DNA from: Felis catus
Taxonomy: Eukaryota
NCBI RefSeq assembly: GCF_018350175.1
Contig: NC_058383.1
Coordinates: 13,456,001 to 13,520,000 of the forward strand
Direction: 5' to 3'
DNA length: 64,000 nt
Shown: positions 35,687 to 50,027 of the stretch, one piece after another
Numbering within the stretch: position 1 is the first letter of the stretch
How the letters are laid out: the number at the start of each line of letters is the position of its first letter
The notes under the pieces: model-generated
Told to the model about the DNA's origin: nothing
Databases searched by the model: none
The model's input: only the letters and a program-made list of their open reading frames with translations
Position numbers and translations under genes: made by a program

Positions 35687-35706
35687 TGTGTGTGTGTGTG
35701 TGTGTA
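35687..35706. repeat. (GT)n microsatellite
   Basis: Read directly. Confidence 0.9.
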
Positions 35707-35894
35707 CGTACGTACGTGTGTGCAAGAGCATTTGTAGATTCCTTTTTCATGTTACTTGTCACTGCAGGGCAAGGTTGTAACCTTGTGATGCAGATTGTGT
35801 CTTAATGAATTCATCATTTGCCATGGGAAAGAGATGTTTCTTTAAATGGTGAAAAAACATTTTCTAACAATATTATAGAAACATTGCATTGAAA

Positions 35895-36110
35895 ATAATA
35901 GCTAAATTTTGAGCAACTGTGACATGTTAGCTACCACCTTAAAGACTTCATGCATTAGCTCATTTCCTCCCCAGAAGAATCCATTATTGCTGATTTTCCC
36001 ATTGAGATTTGAGAAACTGAAACAGAGGAAACTTAAGTACTTTGCCTGAGGTCACACATTTAGGTAATGAGAGATTCAGGATTCGAACTCAGGTGGAGGT
36101 TCTAGCTCCC
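35895..36110 (-). mobile_element. MIR
   Basis: GAGAAACTGAAACAGAGG...TTAAGTACTTTGCCTGAGGTCACAC...CAGGATTCGAACTCAGG. Confidence 0.75.
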
Positions 36111-36289
36111 GCCAAGTTGGTCCTACTATTTCCAGAAAATATTCCTGAGCATTATTAGTGGGTACAAGCCTGGAACACTGAGGGCTTACTCAGGGTTCTC
36201 TCAGGCTGGTGCATTGCCTGACCGAAAGGTACCCAAGACCCAAGATGTGGCCCTTGCCTTTAAGGTCATTTCTATCTGGTGGTTCTAGG

Positions 36290-36385
36290 GGAGGGCTGAG
36301 TCTGTCTTATTTATTGGTAAATTCCCATTGCTGAGCACAGTGTAGACATATAGGGGGTGCTCAACAAAATTTTACTGAATCAAAT
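36290..36385 (+). mobile_element. L2 3' end
   Basis: AGCACAGTGTAGACATATAG...TGCTCAACAAAATTTTACTGAAT. Confidence 0.6.
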
Positions 36386-38944
36386 CAGTATAGATTCCAA
36401 AAGGCTAATTTGGCTTCAGAATTGTCAGGGTTGAACCATGACTCCTTGATAATAAAGGCGAATCTGAGACTTCTGAAATGTAGCAGTCATGACTTCCTGC
36501 TTCCTTTAGAAACACCAATGGTGGAAGGGAGGATGTGGTGGTTGAATTACTGTTCTTACCACTGCAGTATTTTTAAACTCTTTCAAGGGTTACTGGATGC
36601 TCCCTGGCTCCTGTATGATTTATAAATCTATTATTCATGTCATAGAGAGATTTTAATGCTGGAGAACCATCAGGTGAACTCAATCATATAGTGTAATGTG
36701 TGGGAGGTTACCAAGGTTGAGGGGGACAGAAAAAGAAAATGATTAATTCGCAGGTAGAACACAGGACAGAAGGACAGCAAAGGGGGGGGGAGGGCTGGAG
36801 GCCAGTTAGGAGGACACTGCAGAGACCAGTGTAAGGAGCAAAGACATGCGTCCGAGCAGAGGCGCGATGAAGAGTGTACAGGCAAAATGAACAGGAGCCA
36901 CTGGCTCCACAGTAAGACTGAGGCTCAGGATGAAGCATTGAATACAGTCATCCACTGATGACGACCTAAGAACCTGAAAGCACGGGCCTTTGTCCTAAAG
37001 CCACCATTTCATGTTGGATGAGTTCAGAGTGGGAAGGCGTTTTCAGGCCACCCCCATGTCATGGACGGAGAGCGCGTTTGGACCGTGAGTGCTGTTTCGC
37101 ATTCTCAGCGTGGAGACAGTTAAGAACCAGGGGAGAGGGATGATGGGGGTAGGAGGGCTGCTTGTTGTAGAGGGGGCAGGGGAGGGGTGGGAACGTCAGC
37201 AGGTAGTACAGTTCTGCCAGGGAGTGTTCTTAGAGAAGTAGGACGCAGCCCCCCTTCCCATGAAAACATTTTACTGCCCTCATCCGCTCAGCAGAACCGC
37301 TGCATCTAGATACCTGGTGTTTGATTTGGACTTGGTGTTTATTCCGCGTGAAAATGCGGACAGAAAGTGGATGTTTTATGTACTGTCTCTTTTCAAGCAG
37401 GATGGAAGGGGCTTGTAAAAGTGGTTTCCACGGCATAACCTAGCATTTTAAAGATTTATGGAACAAGTGTCCACTTACAGGTTCATTTAAGTTTTACAAA
37501 ACATTTCTGCTTCTGCCTTGCCATGTCGGCAAAAGATTCTGGGATTTAAATAAATAGAACCTGGTAGGATACAATAAAGTGCAAAAAAACTTGAGATGCA
37601 TCCAGTTACTACTGAAAGGAATATTGAGGCCCGAGTGACCTCCTTCCTGATGTCTCCTGAACACAAGACAGCTTTAATCTTTAGGTTCTGTGTTACTCAA
37701 ATAAGCCGAGGGATTTGTGACTTGGGGGATGCTGCCAAGGATAGCCACCAAAGATAATGATCGTATTTCAGATCGGCACTTCTGTGTTAATGAAAGGAGA
37801 CAGGTGAGGGTGCAGAACAGAAGTTTTAATAGCGCTTGGCCCTCGTTCTTTCCTTAGAGTTTCTCAACCCAGCTGACCCGGTGACGTTTAAATAGTTTCA
37901 AGTGCATTAGTAGGCAGAATTTATTATGGTGAGACAGGGAGCGAGTAGCAGTGGAAGTCAGGGAAGCCTGTGGACATCAAAACTCGTGTTTGCTAAGTCC
38001 CTCCTGTGTTCACTGTTGTGGAGATTTTAGTGAAAACAAAATCGGGCCTGTGCCAAGCTCGGAAGGTGTATTTGCTCTGTCTTTGTTCGTTCTTCTTGGT
38101 TTTCCCAGGGCCCAGAACTCTTAGCACCTTAGCAGCAAATGTCTATTGAATGATGGCTTTGGAAGGAAGCTCTAGAAAACACTAGGCATACAATCTTAAT
38201 AAATTACATTGTAATGCCTTCATCTCATCCTTCCGTCTGGCCCAAGTAACTGGTCCTTGAAAATTTCCCTGAAGGAGCTTTTCTTTTACTGTGGAAGCCG
38301 GATGAAAGAATAAGTGAGTGGTAAAGGAACAAATGAGTAAAAGAAAACTCTCTCTTGTTCAATCCTTAGACCAAATTATCCTAAACTTGCTCATTAAGAC
38401 TTGCTTAGCTATGCTTTTTCTACCACGTCCCTAAGCATTTTAATCTTTTATTAATTATTCAACCTCCATATTGCTTTAGGTGAAATAGAGACTTGACACA
38501 GTTTGAAATGCAGGAAGTTTCTTTTTTGTTTTCCTCCACAACTATATGCAGCCAGCTAGAAACTTTGTCCTGTTGGTAGTTCTGTTTCAGCGAGCCTCAG
38601 TCCAAACTAGAAATTAAGCCACAGAGGTCGTTATGGCGTCGTCCTCAGGAAGGCACTGGTGTCAGAAAAGAGCATTCTTCATTCAGCCCCGGTATGGTCT
38701 TTGGACCCTTCCATTTGTGTGCAGAAGGAAGCACATCAATGGTTCGTAAAACCTGGCTGTAACTGTGCAGACCACCTTCACATCTGTGTTAGAGCTATTG
38801 TCTGAGAGTAAAGTTGGCTATCCATCGTGGGATGTATACAACAGCCAGACCTCCCAACACGTGTTACATCTGTCTTTATTTCGGATCATGGCATTTATGG
38901 AGATGATTAGGGACAGCTTATTTGAACTGAGATCCAGAGAGCTT

Positions 38945-39065
38945 ACTTACTTATTTAGCAAATATTTGTTGAACGCCTACTGTGTGCTGTATAATACCAG
39001 GGAATAAAATTATAGACAACCAGTCCCTATCCTCAAGGAGTAAGTAAGTAGTCTAGCATATAAAT
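38945..39065 (-). mobile_element. L2 3' end
   Basis: ATTTAGCAAATATTTGTTGAACGCCTACTGTGTGC...AGTCCCTATCCTCAAGGAG. Confidence 0.75.
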
Positions 39066-39489
39066 TCAACAGGAGACAGCTGCCAGGATTGCAAAGTGGT
39101 AGTTTGGGCAGAAGGACTGGGCCTTGGAAGGAAAGAGGAAGAAGACATGGTGAATGTGGACCAAGGCTGGCAGCACGGAGGCTCCAGAGTCCCCTGGAAA
39201 TGCTAGTGTTGGATGTGGAGGGGCCATCTCGAAATCTCTTATCCAGAGCATCCAGGGGCTGTGGGTTGATGGTCCCACTGGGATGGGTAGGGGAGGAAGA
39301 ATCAGTGCACTGGGGCCAGGGTCTGTCCTCCATCCCGTCCTTCTCCAGGGATGGGATGACAGGTACTCCAGAAACCAACATGACACCAGCTTAGTAAAGA
39401 CAAGCGGTAAACACCTTCCAGTGGCTGTCTTAATCTGGATGCTTGCTACTGTATTTTAACAACATGATGGCGTTTACCGTAGGAATGGT

Positions 39490-39690
39490 TACATACCAGT
39501 CTAGGTACTTTATATGTATTTTGTTTTATCTTCACAACTTTGTAAGATGGGCAGTATTATTCACTGCCTATCTTAAAAGGTGATAAAATTGAGGAATGAA
39601 GAGGCTGCCCCAGCTAGGCAAAGGCCAGGATGGTGCAGCGGGGACACAGGTCCACAATTGTGTGCCACAACTAAGTGACAGTGCCTCCTT
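39490..39690 (-). mobile_element. MIR fragment
   Basis: TATCTTCACAACTTTGTAAGATGGGCAGTATTATT...AAAATTGAGG. Confidence 0.5.
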
Positions 39691-41094
39691 GAATATAAAG
39701 TCCTCCAAAATCCCATTACCAAGATTCCACGTATTTGCCTAGTAGAATAGCTTTGTGTTAGGTCCTTTTTTTCCCGATCATTTCCTTTTCCATAAATGTA
39801 ACAATCTTGTAGGCTTCACTTAAACACAATTATAAATGTGTTGTTTTAATACTTGTGACTAGAGAGTTAGGAGGTGTAGGCACTCTGATCTCTTTTAATC
39901 TGTTTCAATGTGTTTTTACATTCTGATTACAAGCCACTAAATTGATTTAGTAGTTTGGAGCACCTTTGGGTGTTCTCTCAGACACCGAACAAACAATTTC
40001 TAACCACAGCGACTAAATCAGGCACTTCCAAGTTTGAGTAATTTATAAAGTAGAAAAAAATGTATGCGGCCAAATAAATATCCAAGCAGTTGGGACATGT
40101 CTGAAGTGAAACACTGTTTCCTGAAACATATCCAGTAAATGTACAACTATGTCACAAAAAGAGTTTATGCTCAAGATAATGTAATATGATGTATTTGTTC
40201 CCCAAGAACATTGCCCTATAGTTTATGAAGCATCTCCATAATGAAGTTATTTGTTTCCGATGCTCTTTATGAAAATGAAATGTTCCCATGAACCCTGGAA
40301 AACTTGGTCAATCCAATTAGGGAAAAAATGAATTTTGTGTTGAGCATTTTAATCCCCAAATTAGCAGGGACATTCAACAACTGTAATAAATTCAAGGATT
40401 ACTTGGAGACTGATTTAATCTTTAGATCTAATTTGATTGTCTTGTTTTAACATTTTGGATTTACAAGATTTATCAGACCAGCAAAATTGCCCTTGGCGTG
40501 GAAAAGCTTGAGTTTGGACCTTTTTTTATCTTTTAAGGAAAACCGAAAATTCTTTGTAGGGATAATTTTTTACATGCATTATAGGGTGTATTCCTGTGGG
40601 AGAGACTTACCAAATACTTGATAAAATGAACAGAAGGGAAAGTATTTTGAATTGGCCAACTGTAACATGTTCCACATGTATTGGGAATGGCATTTCAGTG
40701 GGTGAGGTGGAAGGATTAGGCTAATCTTCACTATCCAAAAGGGCCGCTATGGTGTGCTTTGATAATCTTTCTACAAAGCTGGTGGATTTTATCCCCTGCG
40801 TTCTGGAGCTCCTGGATGCTAAAGTCCCAGCTTTCTTTATGTGGAGCACCAAGAAAAGGCAACCACTTACCTGTTAAGTTAGCCTTACACCCAGGCAGAA
40901 AGCAGTCACAGAAAGATCGCTTCAGTGATACTAATTGCGTGCCTACCTGGAAGTCAAATGATTTGTTGCTGCTTCAATGTTTTGGACTTCTCTAATGGTG
41001 AGTGTGTATTTAAGATAAGTGAGAAGCAAGTGAAAAGTGTCCTGCATTTTTTTAAGAGAGCCAAACAAAAGAAATGGAGGCATCGTATTGAGAG

Positions 41095-41352
41095 TGGCAG
41101 TGGGGCATGGTGGTTCGGGGGTATAGCTCCAGAGTCAGACTGGCTGCATTTGAAGCCCACCGCCGCTACGTACTTGTTAGAAGATGGTAGCTAAGTTATG
41201 TGCCCTCTTAGTGCATCTGTTTCTTCATCCCTGGAAAGGGTATAATAGAATATGATTCATGGGATCGTTCAAAGGACTAATTGGGGGTGCATATAAAAAA
41301 CACTTAGGATAGTGTCGTTCCCATGCTAGGGGCACAATAAATGTTAGCCATG
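41095..41352 (+). mobile_element. MIR (near full length)
   Basis: GCTCCAGAGTCAGACTGGCTG...TGTTTCTTCATC...CACTTAGGATAGTG...CAATAAATGTTAGC. Confidence 0.75.
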
Positions 41353-41405
41353 GTTAATATTTCTAAAATTCCAGACTTGAGGCTTCCAGGCACATGAAGT
41401 GCGGG

Positions 41406-41998
41406 TTGTATCACAGTGCAGGTGGGAACCACGAAGCTACCGATGCTTAAGCAGGGTTGAGTGGGTATCGGATGAGTCCGTGCAGATAGACTGTTCCATC
41501 CCCAAGCGAGACGAACGCTATGGACATCAACCTGGCCTGAACATTTAGACAGTCTGAGGCACTCAGAGGTGCTCAGAGGATATAGCAGGCACAGGTAGAT
41601 GCTGATACCAGGGGCACCCCTGTAGGGTACCTCGCATCAGGAAGCATCATGGGAGATAGTACAGGGGCAGCAGTTGCTGAACCCTGATTCCACTTTGTCT
41701 AGAACTCAGATGATGGCTCCAAACCCTGGTTGTATTCACCCTTCCAGCCTAAGTACTTTACATGTATTGCTTTCCTTTGATTTGATTCCACATACAGATC
41801 CCGCATGGGTGCCTCCCAGTAGCATCACCCTCTCCCCTCCCCAGCTTAAACCAATTAGAGCCCGCTCTGCAACTGGAGTTGGAGTTGATCCCACAGAAAT
41901 GGAAAGTTGGAGCAAGGATGTTTCCAAAGGAAAGTTGGGGTACCGATTCACCAAGAAAATTGAAAGGATGAGGTGACAAACAACAGGTGCCTCCACAT
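41406..41998 (-). mobile_element. MLT1-family (ERVL-MaLR) solo LTR, MLT1K/L-like
   Basis: End region CCAATTAGAGCCC...GTTGATCCCAC...TTTCCAAAGGAAAG...ACCAAGAA...GGATG...AACAACAGGTGCCTCCACA resembles the recalled MLT1 terminus; left boundary uncertain. Confidence 0.55.
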
Positions 41999-44900
41999 GT
42001 GTGCTGAGACAGATTGACTCTCCACTTAGCACTGGCTCCGAAATGAGCAGACCTAACTTGGCAGGTGAGTCTGTCCACAGCCCAGTGCAGAACGTGGGAC
42101 AGGCAAAATAAGTGGAAAGGAAAGAGATGTTGAAAGAACTAATATTCATGGGGTGTCTATTCTGTGCCGAGTCTTTACATTTGTGGTCTAATTTAAGCCT
42201 CATCACACGAGAAAGCAGAATTGGGAGGTTTAAAGGGGTCAAAGATGAGGATAAAGAGAAATCTGGAGCACGGCGAGGTAATACAGCCAGAGCTTTGGGT
42301 GACCCCAGGGTAGACTGGGGAGACAGGCCGCCGAGAGGGGAAAATGAGTACTGAAGGGCAGGGGGTATGCAGGCAGGTTGAAAAGGGAACTGTTGGGGTT
42401 CCAAAGATGAAATTCTCTGCTTGACCTGGATGTGAAGTGAATAATCACTTTGTTGTTTGGAAAGCAGTACAGCCAGCCATCCATACCACAGTCCTGATCT
42501 TGCAACCCACATATCTTCTGTATCAACAAGGAAGATCCTGTTAAAGACGTAAACGTGAATTCTGTGTGCCATGGGTATGTTTGTGCCACATTTAACTTCA
42601 TTAGCTGTAATACCACGTGGCTGTGCTTATTTAACTGCTTAGACCAGATGCTAGTGCCTTCTGAAGAAAAGTGGTTACACGGTGTAATTGAACATGTCCT
42701 GTTGACAGAGTTACCACAACCCATTTCCCAATCAAATACAGGCGATTCAATAAAATGAAAGCAGAGTCTACCCCTCTGCCACCATTGCTGAGTCAAAACC
42801 AAGGGGAGAAAAGGTAAGGCAAAGTGGGGACATAGCACGGTTACGCTGTGTGCCATGGGGAGACAGGAATCAAGGCAGGCCTTCTGCCCCACACTGAATG
42901 AAAGCGTTGCTACTTGCTGGTACCTGCATTTGGCTGGTGACCAAGGGGAGAGGCCTTGGCGGCCAAGGTTATGGCCAGTCTGAGAATGGTGATGAGGGTG
43001 GGCGTTGAGCAGTTTGAAAAGCAGCCACAACGTTTTGAAAAAGGCCATCAAGTATTGGCCTCTGAATGGAATCCAGTGTAGCCCAGACAGTGGTGTTGAC
43101 TCTGGGCAGAGGAGGGTGTGGGGTTTTCTGAATGTTTTCAGTCAGCACTATAAAAATATGCTGGCCAGATCAGTATAGGAGAACAAACATCTAACATAGC
43201 CGTCACTGAAAATAGTTCTGTATTTATTGGGAAAAAAGGAAGGGCCTCCCTGATCCTGCTTATGGAACCAGGAAGGTTGCGTTTTAGTAAAAGACAGAAG
43301 AAGGTCACGCTCCGGCACTGGAACTGGTCAGCAGGACCACTAGAGATGGTCGTAATGCTGATGGTCTCTAGAGATGGTAAGAAGTGAGAAAGTCTCATTG
43401 GAAAGCTGGAAAATGGCGCCTTGCCGTGAGAAGGGACTGAAATGACCCAGTTGCCTTGTATGTTATTGTTCCATAGTTTTCTTCCTGTTGTGTTGAGGGA
43501 AAACTTGCATTCATTCTCTCCTCTGTCCTTGCTTGTAGAGAAGTTGATGATTTTAGAGTCGAAAGGACCCTAAGACCCACCCAAGCCCTATTTAGCCTCT
43601 CATTTTACCCATGAGCACAAGGAGACCCAAAGAGGAAAACACACAGCGTGAGAGAGATGCGTCCAGGGCCACTGTCTCTTCTCCCGCTGCAGGATTTGAC
43701 CCTCATCTAGTGCTCAGAGGCTGACAGAGCAGGTGGTGAGGAGAGGGAGACAGGGGCACGATATGTGATGGTCTCCCCGCCCCCCCCCCCCCCCCCACTG
43801 CTACTCACCCAGAACAGCTTCACCTGTATCTATTTTGTATACTGGCTTTCTATATGAGAACTTACTTAAAATGCTTTTCCCGTGGGCAAAAGTACACAGT
43901 CTGAGCCCCCACTATCCTTAACCACAGGACTTCTGAGAAAGGGTGGTGGCCGTGTCTTGGGCTTTCTCCTCCTCTCCCTTGCCGGTGTGTCTGAGATACG
44001 GGCCTCGCTCTATTCGCTGTTCTCCTGACTCAAGTGACAAAGGCAAAGCTGAACCACCACGTCTTCTTACAGAGAGTTATTCAGAAGGTAGAGGAGAAAG
44101 TATTTTAGAGCGGTTGAATGCTTAGTGTAGAACTTGGTCACCATGCCCCAAGCCTAATTAGATTCTAAACAATTAGATTTAGGGGGCAGAGCCCTGGACG
44201 TTAGTCCCAGCTCTGCAAGGGAGTTGCTGTTTGACCTTGCACAGTGCACGTAGACCAGTTCCTGGAACCATCAGACCCACCTGAGAAAGGACACAAGATG
44301 GCAAAGCCTCGTCAGGCTGCTGAAGGAGTGCATCCTGTCAGGGGGAGGAAGGCGTCCCACCTCTGAGCTCATTAGCCCCAGCCGTCTGCCTGCATCTAGC
44401 CTCGCCCTGGGCCTCAGCTCTAGAGCATCTCCATTGTGACTAAAAACTCTAACTGCTCGTTTTGCACACATTTTGTGTTTGATTCATTTAGTGACCAAGT
44501 CTTCAGCTTCTCTCTCTGCTTTCTGCCCTGTGGGTGGGGGCCAGCCTCAAGGTCAGCACAGCAGGCTGCGCCTGGAGAGGCAATCACGGCCCCAGAATGG
44601 ACTCCTTTATGCCTGAAGGGGCCCTTTCTAGGAGGCTCCCCAGGGACTGCTGATCTGTCCTCCCAAGGCTTCATGATTGCCTCTCCACCCATCTCCAAAG
44701 GGATCTGATTGCTGCTCTGCTCTCCCCTGGGCCTTTTTCTGTGCTTTTTACTCACGTCCAGCCTGTGTCCTGAAGGCCTGATTGGCCCTCTCCGCTTCTC
44801 CCAGGGCACCAGGATTGTTCCGCAACTCCCCTTCGGCTGCCTTAGCCACCTAATCTCTGCCCCACCAGCGCTTGGTTTTTCCTTACTCTGGGAGTGCCCC

Positions 44901-46269
44901 TTTACACACATACGTACATGCACATATGTGTACAGAGCGCCACCATGGAAACTCCTCTGGATCTTTCTGTCAGCACTTGCTTAATGTAATTCCATTCTCC
45001 TACACCTAACTTCCGAGTTAGCTCTGACTCACACAGGCCGTAGACAGCTATGGTTGGCCGTGTCCCTTTCTTGATTTTACCTTGAGCTGGCTAGAAGAGG
45101 CTAGAGACCCAGGTCTCTGCTTCACGCAGCATCTCTTATTTGCTTGAACGTAGGGCCTCAGGTCACTTCTAAGAGATCAGATCCGTTTTACCCCAGATGG
45201 TGTTTTCTGAACCAAGTTGGATTTCTTTTCTCCCTTGGCATAAAGTAAACAAGTGTTCTCACTCAGGTGGCAGCAGTGAAGACACATTAAGTCCTCAGGT
45301 CACATTAGCATGCCTGTTGAGACCTTTAAACAATCTGATCATCAAAGTGCGTGGTAATAACTATAAAACCATAATCGCAGGTGGCAGTGAGCATGACATG
45401 CCCGGCTCCATGCTTAGTTTTTAGGATAATAGGGACATTCATGGGTTTCCAAATGGAGGCCTTTGTGTTTGTAGCCCCGTGTCTCCCCAGCCTCTGAAAG
45501 GTCTACTTTGCTCAATATGTCTAGAGAGCACTGGCTTCTAGAATAACATCAGGAGCTGCTCTACCTGTTGGCCTTCTGCGTGCAGTTTGGGGAGCTGGTT
45601 GTGGTCGAAGGGGAAATGGAGAACATTCTTCAGGTTCGGCATTGTAAAGGTTGGTTCTCCCAAAGAAAATTGTTTTGGGAATAGTACTTCTAACATGGAG
45701 GGAGGGTCTGGGTTTTTAGGGATGGCAGAAGGTAACTTGTGACATTTTCTCAGAATTTTTTTTTTTGCAATCTTGATTTTTCATTTGAGAGTTTTCTTTC
45801 TGAGTAAAATGCACAGCTAGTTCAGCACCCTGAAATTCATGCATTTGGATATTCTGGGCATTCCCCTATGTCCTTCAAAATCCAGTGAAGATGTTAGACT
45901 GAGCCATCTTCCTATGAGAATCTCCTTTATTCACCATCTGCTCCTTAATTTCTGTTTTGTAGTATTTTGTCTTCTGACCTGCATTTGGCATATAACGTTG
46001 ATCATATAATTTTCATTTTATTTCTACTCACATTCACGTAGGCATATGTAGGATAACTGTGATAATATCTTTTCTGCCTAAAGTAGTGCGAGGCAGTGGA
46101 GGCATGAGTGGCTCCTTTTAGGCCCTTCTAAATAGTGAGAAGTGTACCCTAACCACCACAATCAGCTCATGGACCCCTGCTCCCAGCTGCTGAACTCCCC
46201 TGGCCTCATATTTGTGTCTCAGTACCATGATGATGGAGAGAAGCTCCATTTTAGGATACAAATTCCAAT

Positions 46270-46812
46270 GAAATTTTGATAGAGATCGCTTTGAATCTGT
46301 AGATCACTTTGGGTAGTGTTGACATCATAACAATATGAAGTCTTCCAATCGATGAACAAGGGTGTCTTTCCCTTTATTTATGTCTTTAATTTCTTTTAGC
46401 AATGTTTGTTTTGTAGTTTTCAGTGTACAAGTCTGTCACCTCTTTGGTTAAATAGGTATTTTATCCTCTTGGATGCTACTGTAAATGGGATGGTTTTCTG
46501 AATTTCCTTTTTGAATCATGCATTACTGGTATATAGAAACACAACCAATTTTTATGTGTTGGTCTTGTACCATGCAACTTGTCTGAGTTCATTTTATTAG
46601 CTTTGAGATTTTCTGCGTATCGAATCATTTCATCTGTGAATAGAGATAGGTGCCTTTCTTTTTTTTTTTTTTTTTTTTTTTCCCTTCCCTAATTGCTCTG
46701 GTTAGAACTTCTGGTACAATGTTTTGTAACTTCCTATCTATTGACAGTTTTCCAAGTGTTTTTATCATGATAAGGTATTGGATTTTGTCAAATCCTTTTG
46801 CACATCATTTGA
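46270..46812 (-). mobile_element. Old L1 ORF2 internal fragment (L1MB/L1MC-like)
   Basis: TTTGAATCTGTAGATCACTTTGGGTAGT...CTTCCAATC...GTAAATGGGAT...TTGGATTTTGTCAAAT, antisense ORF2. Confidence 0.85.
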
Positions 46813-49800
46813 GCTTTGGTGGGTAGAATCTTAAAGAAAGAGTAGGATTGATATAAATAAAGAGAAATGTAGAGTCTGGAGAACTTAAATAGCTGAAGTA
46901 CAGTGCTAGGAATATGACTCACGTCTGCAGACGTGACTGCATAATCTAAATAAAGTCACTGGAAGAGAATATTGCAGAGAAGAAGACTAGTAACGTGCCT
47001 GGGAAGGGCAGATTCTGAGTGCACTGGGAGGACCTTGAATGCCAAAATGCCTTATAGGTCAACATTCTGGAGCTCCTGGGGTTTCTGAGCCCAGTCAGAC
47101 TAGGAATTATGATCTCAGCTCATCTTCTCTACTTTTGTATCTCTGCTTCTGTTGACTCTCACATCCATCTAACAATCTTCCCTTCTTAATTTTGTTAGTA
47201 AAGTGTCATGTGGAACAAAGGAAATACTAAATTTCTTTAATACCATGTGATGATGAATCCTATGATTTTTTTTTTTTAATTTAAGCATAAAAACAAAATT
47301 AAGAAGTGAGCCAACTCTTTCTGGTGGTTCATTTCTAGTTATGTACAGAGACAGACCTGGTAACAAGCCAACAGCTTTTGTCAGGGCTGTGAATTAGACA
47401 GGGGGGTGGGGGGAGGAATGACTGCACATTCTTAGCTCCCGGGCCAGGGTTCCTGTGATTTCTGCCAGCCCTCTTCCAGACAGCAGCATGGTTCCTCAGC
47501 TGTCCTTCTAGCCAGGGAGACAGATGGAACCTCAGGGGCTTCCTGTTTAGGCGTCTCAGAATTCAGAGTTGTTATGATGTGTGGGCTTTGAAAATGCCAC
47601 ACTTCAGGGAAGCTGAGTTTTTGCATTCATGCGTTCTTATATTGAGCATGTGTTCTTTTCCATCTCGTGGCAATGACTTCCGTTGTATGTGCCTCCGAGC
47701 CCTTTCCTGAAGTCTCAACAGAGAATGGGTCCTGCTCTGATGGAAGCCAGACTCCTTAGGTGTGCTCAGGGTTTGCCTTAGTGCACATGCTCTCCTGCCC
47801 AGTTCTGAGGCCAGCCCCATTCCCCTCCTCACACCATTGTAGTTAGTCCTAGGATTCTGCTCCCTCCAAGTAGTGGGCCCTGACCTAAGGACCAGCCCAC
47901 GTATGTCAGTGGCCAAGGCATATCAGGGAGGTGGCTGTTTAGCTCTTTACCCAGGAGCCTCTGTCCTTTCCAGAGACCTTCCAGCATACTGTTAACCTAC
48001 GTGCAGGGACAGAAAAGCCCAGAAACACGTGGTACAAATGTTAATGGCTTTTTCATTAGGATACTTCATCACACACTTCCAGCTGTTGGTGGCAGGAGGT
48101 GATGGTGAGGCATCTCTTGGATAAGAAGGATGTAGAGATCAATGGAGATCAGAAATGAAAAGATAAAAATGATTTGGTCATCAGAAAGCTATTTGACTGC
48201 TAAGCTTTAGCCAACAGCAGCTATGTCTGCATGGAAAAAATGCAGACACACATCCATGGTTGCAGGTCAGTATTTCCCTGTCACCATCATCACGTCATAT
48301 TAGCAAAGATGCCAAGTGCATGACACAGGACTGGGCCCTGTATGCAGTTGCACAAAAATGCTTCCCCACTTAAGTTGTATAGACGTGTAACCGAGACTGG
48401 ACAGTTACCACAATTCTGGAGTAGCACCAAGCTTCGGAAGTAAATGAGTAAGCCTAACTTTTAAGTAAGCTTCAAACAAAAAAGTCTAAATTTTGGAAGC
48501 AAATAGTGCTCTCTTTCATATTTCAAAAAAAGGGGGGTATCTTTCTGTTTCTACAAAGGCGCACAGCTCTTACGCTGTAACATCGAATATAAATTTTATT
48601 TTTCTTCTTTTTAGAAAAGTTGTTTTGTTAACAATTCAGAAAGCCATACGGGTTATTTTTTTTTTAATTGGGCAATTTTTACAAAGTTTCTAAACTAAAA
48701 AGCAAAAACCTCCATCCCCATGCTCCCCAGACATGCTTCTACTCCCGCAGGGTAACTGCTGTTAAGATTTCTCTGTAGCCTTCTCATCCCTTTGCTTAAG
48801 CACAGATGCATGGATGTGTGCTAAGTGATTGTTTCAAAGTTATATTGACAAATGCGTATGTTTGTGCCTACACGTAAGGTGGTGGTTGTTTATGTCGGTT
48901 CCCTTAGCTTCTAGAATGCAAAAGCTGACAGCCTTGCCCCTTAATACTGCTTATTGCCACAGTGGTTAAGCCTACTGCTTACTACTTTTGGCTTTAATTT
49001 TTAGATGACTTCCTCTTATTGGTTTTCCTGCCCCCACCAATCACCCATCATGCCTACACATTCAGAATCCATTTCTTTTATTTGGGGTGAAAATAATTCC
49101 TTCTCCTGAGTGCAGAGCACCAAGACTGCCTCCCTGTTTTTTGGAGGGATGCGTGCCTCTGAGGCTGTAACTCTTCATTGAATTAGCTTCATGACCACAT
49201 CTTGGTATTTGTTTCTGCTTTTCCAATTGGTAGGTGTGGCATGACCCATCAAGATGCTCTTTGCTCAGTAAAACAGAAACATACTCCCCTCCACAGCTTT
49301 TCCCATAGAAGCTTACTTATCTGCCCCAGTGTCTTTGGTCTTGGCCTTGCTTTGTTTTGAAATTTGTGATTTGCTCTTGGCTATAGCAGACCCCTTTCAC
49401 TGACTGTGGTGTTGGCCACTGATTCAGAAATCCAGTCCTGAAGACTTAAAAAACTCAGCAGACTTGCCCAAGGTGGGCCCCTGCTCTTGCTCAAGTCTCT
49501 CTTCCTCTCCAGGAACTGAATTTTTCATGCAGTAATTAAAATTTGTAGGTCAAGCCTCCCATGGCACCGTTTGCTGCTAATATGGGAAAGCAGTGATCAG
49601 ATTCGCTTATGCTGCTCTTCACTGAGCTGAGACTTAACGGATGAAGGGTGACATTTTCCCCCATTTTGTAAATTAATGCCATTGATCTGCCTAACAAGAA
49701 CAAAGTTAGGCTTCAAAATACCAAATGATAAAGAGATTAAGACTTTAAATGGCTTTCCAAAAGGCAACCTCTATTGTAAGGCTCCAAGCTGACTATTGAA

Positions 49801-50027
49801 CTTTCAATTAGAATTTCTAATAGGCTATTGACTTAAATGGATAAAATGTTGCAAGTGATAGCTTTCAAGATGACAAAGATTGCTTCTTACATTCTGGAAT
49901 ATTACTTTATGTAGCCTATACTGTTCTGGAAGGTGAATAATAATAATATACTGGCCTCCCTCTGTAGAGTATCTGTGCTGTGGTTTTCTCAGAGATGAAT
50001 AAATGCATTTTTTGAAATAAATGCATT

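Noticed and set aside
41736..43051. The two longest ORFs (278 aa and 270 aa, minus strand)
   Set aside because: No recognisable domain, non-ATG starts, they overlap each other in different frames, and one runs into a probable MLT1 LTR; consistent with chance.
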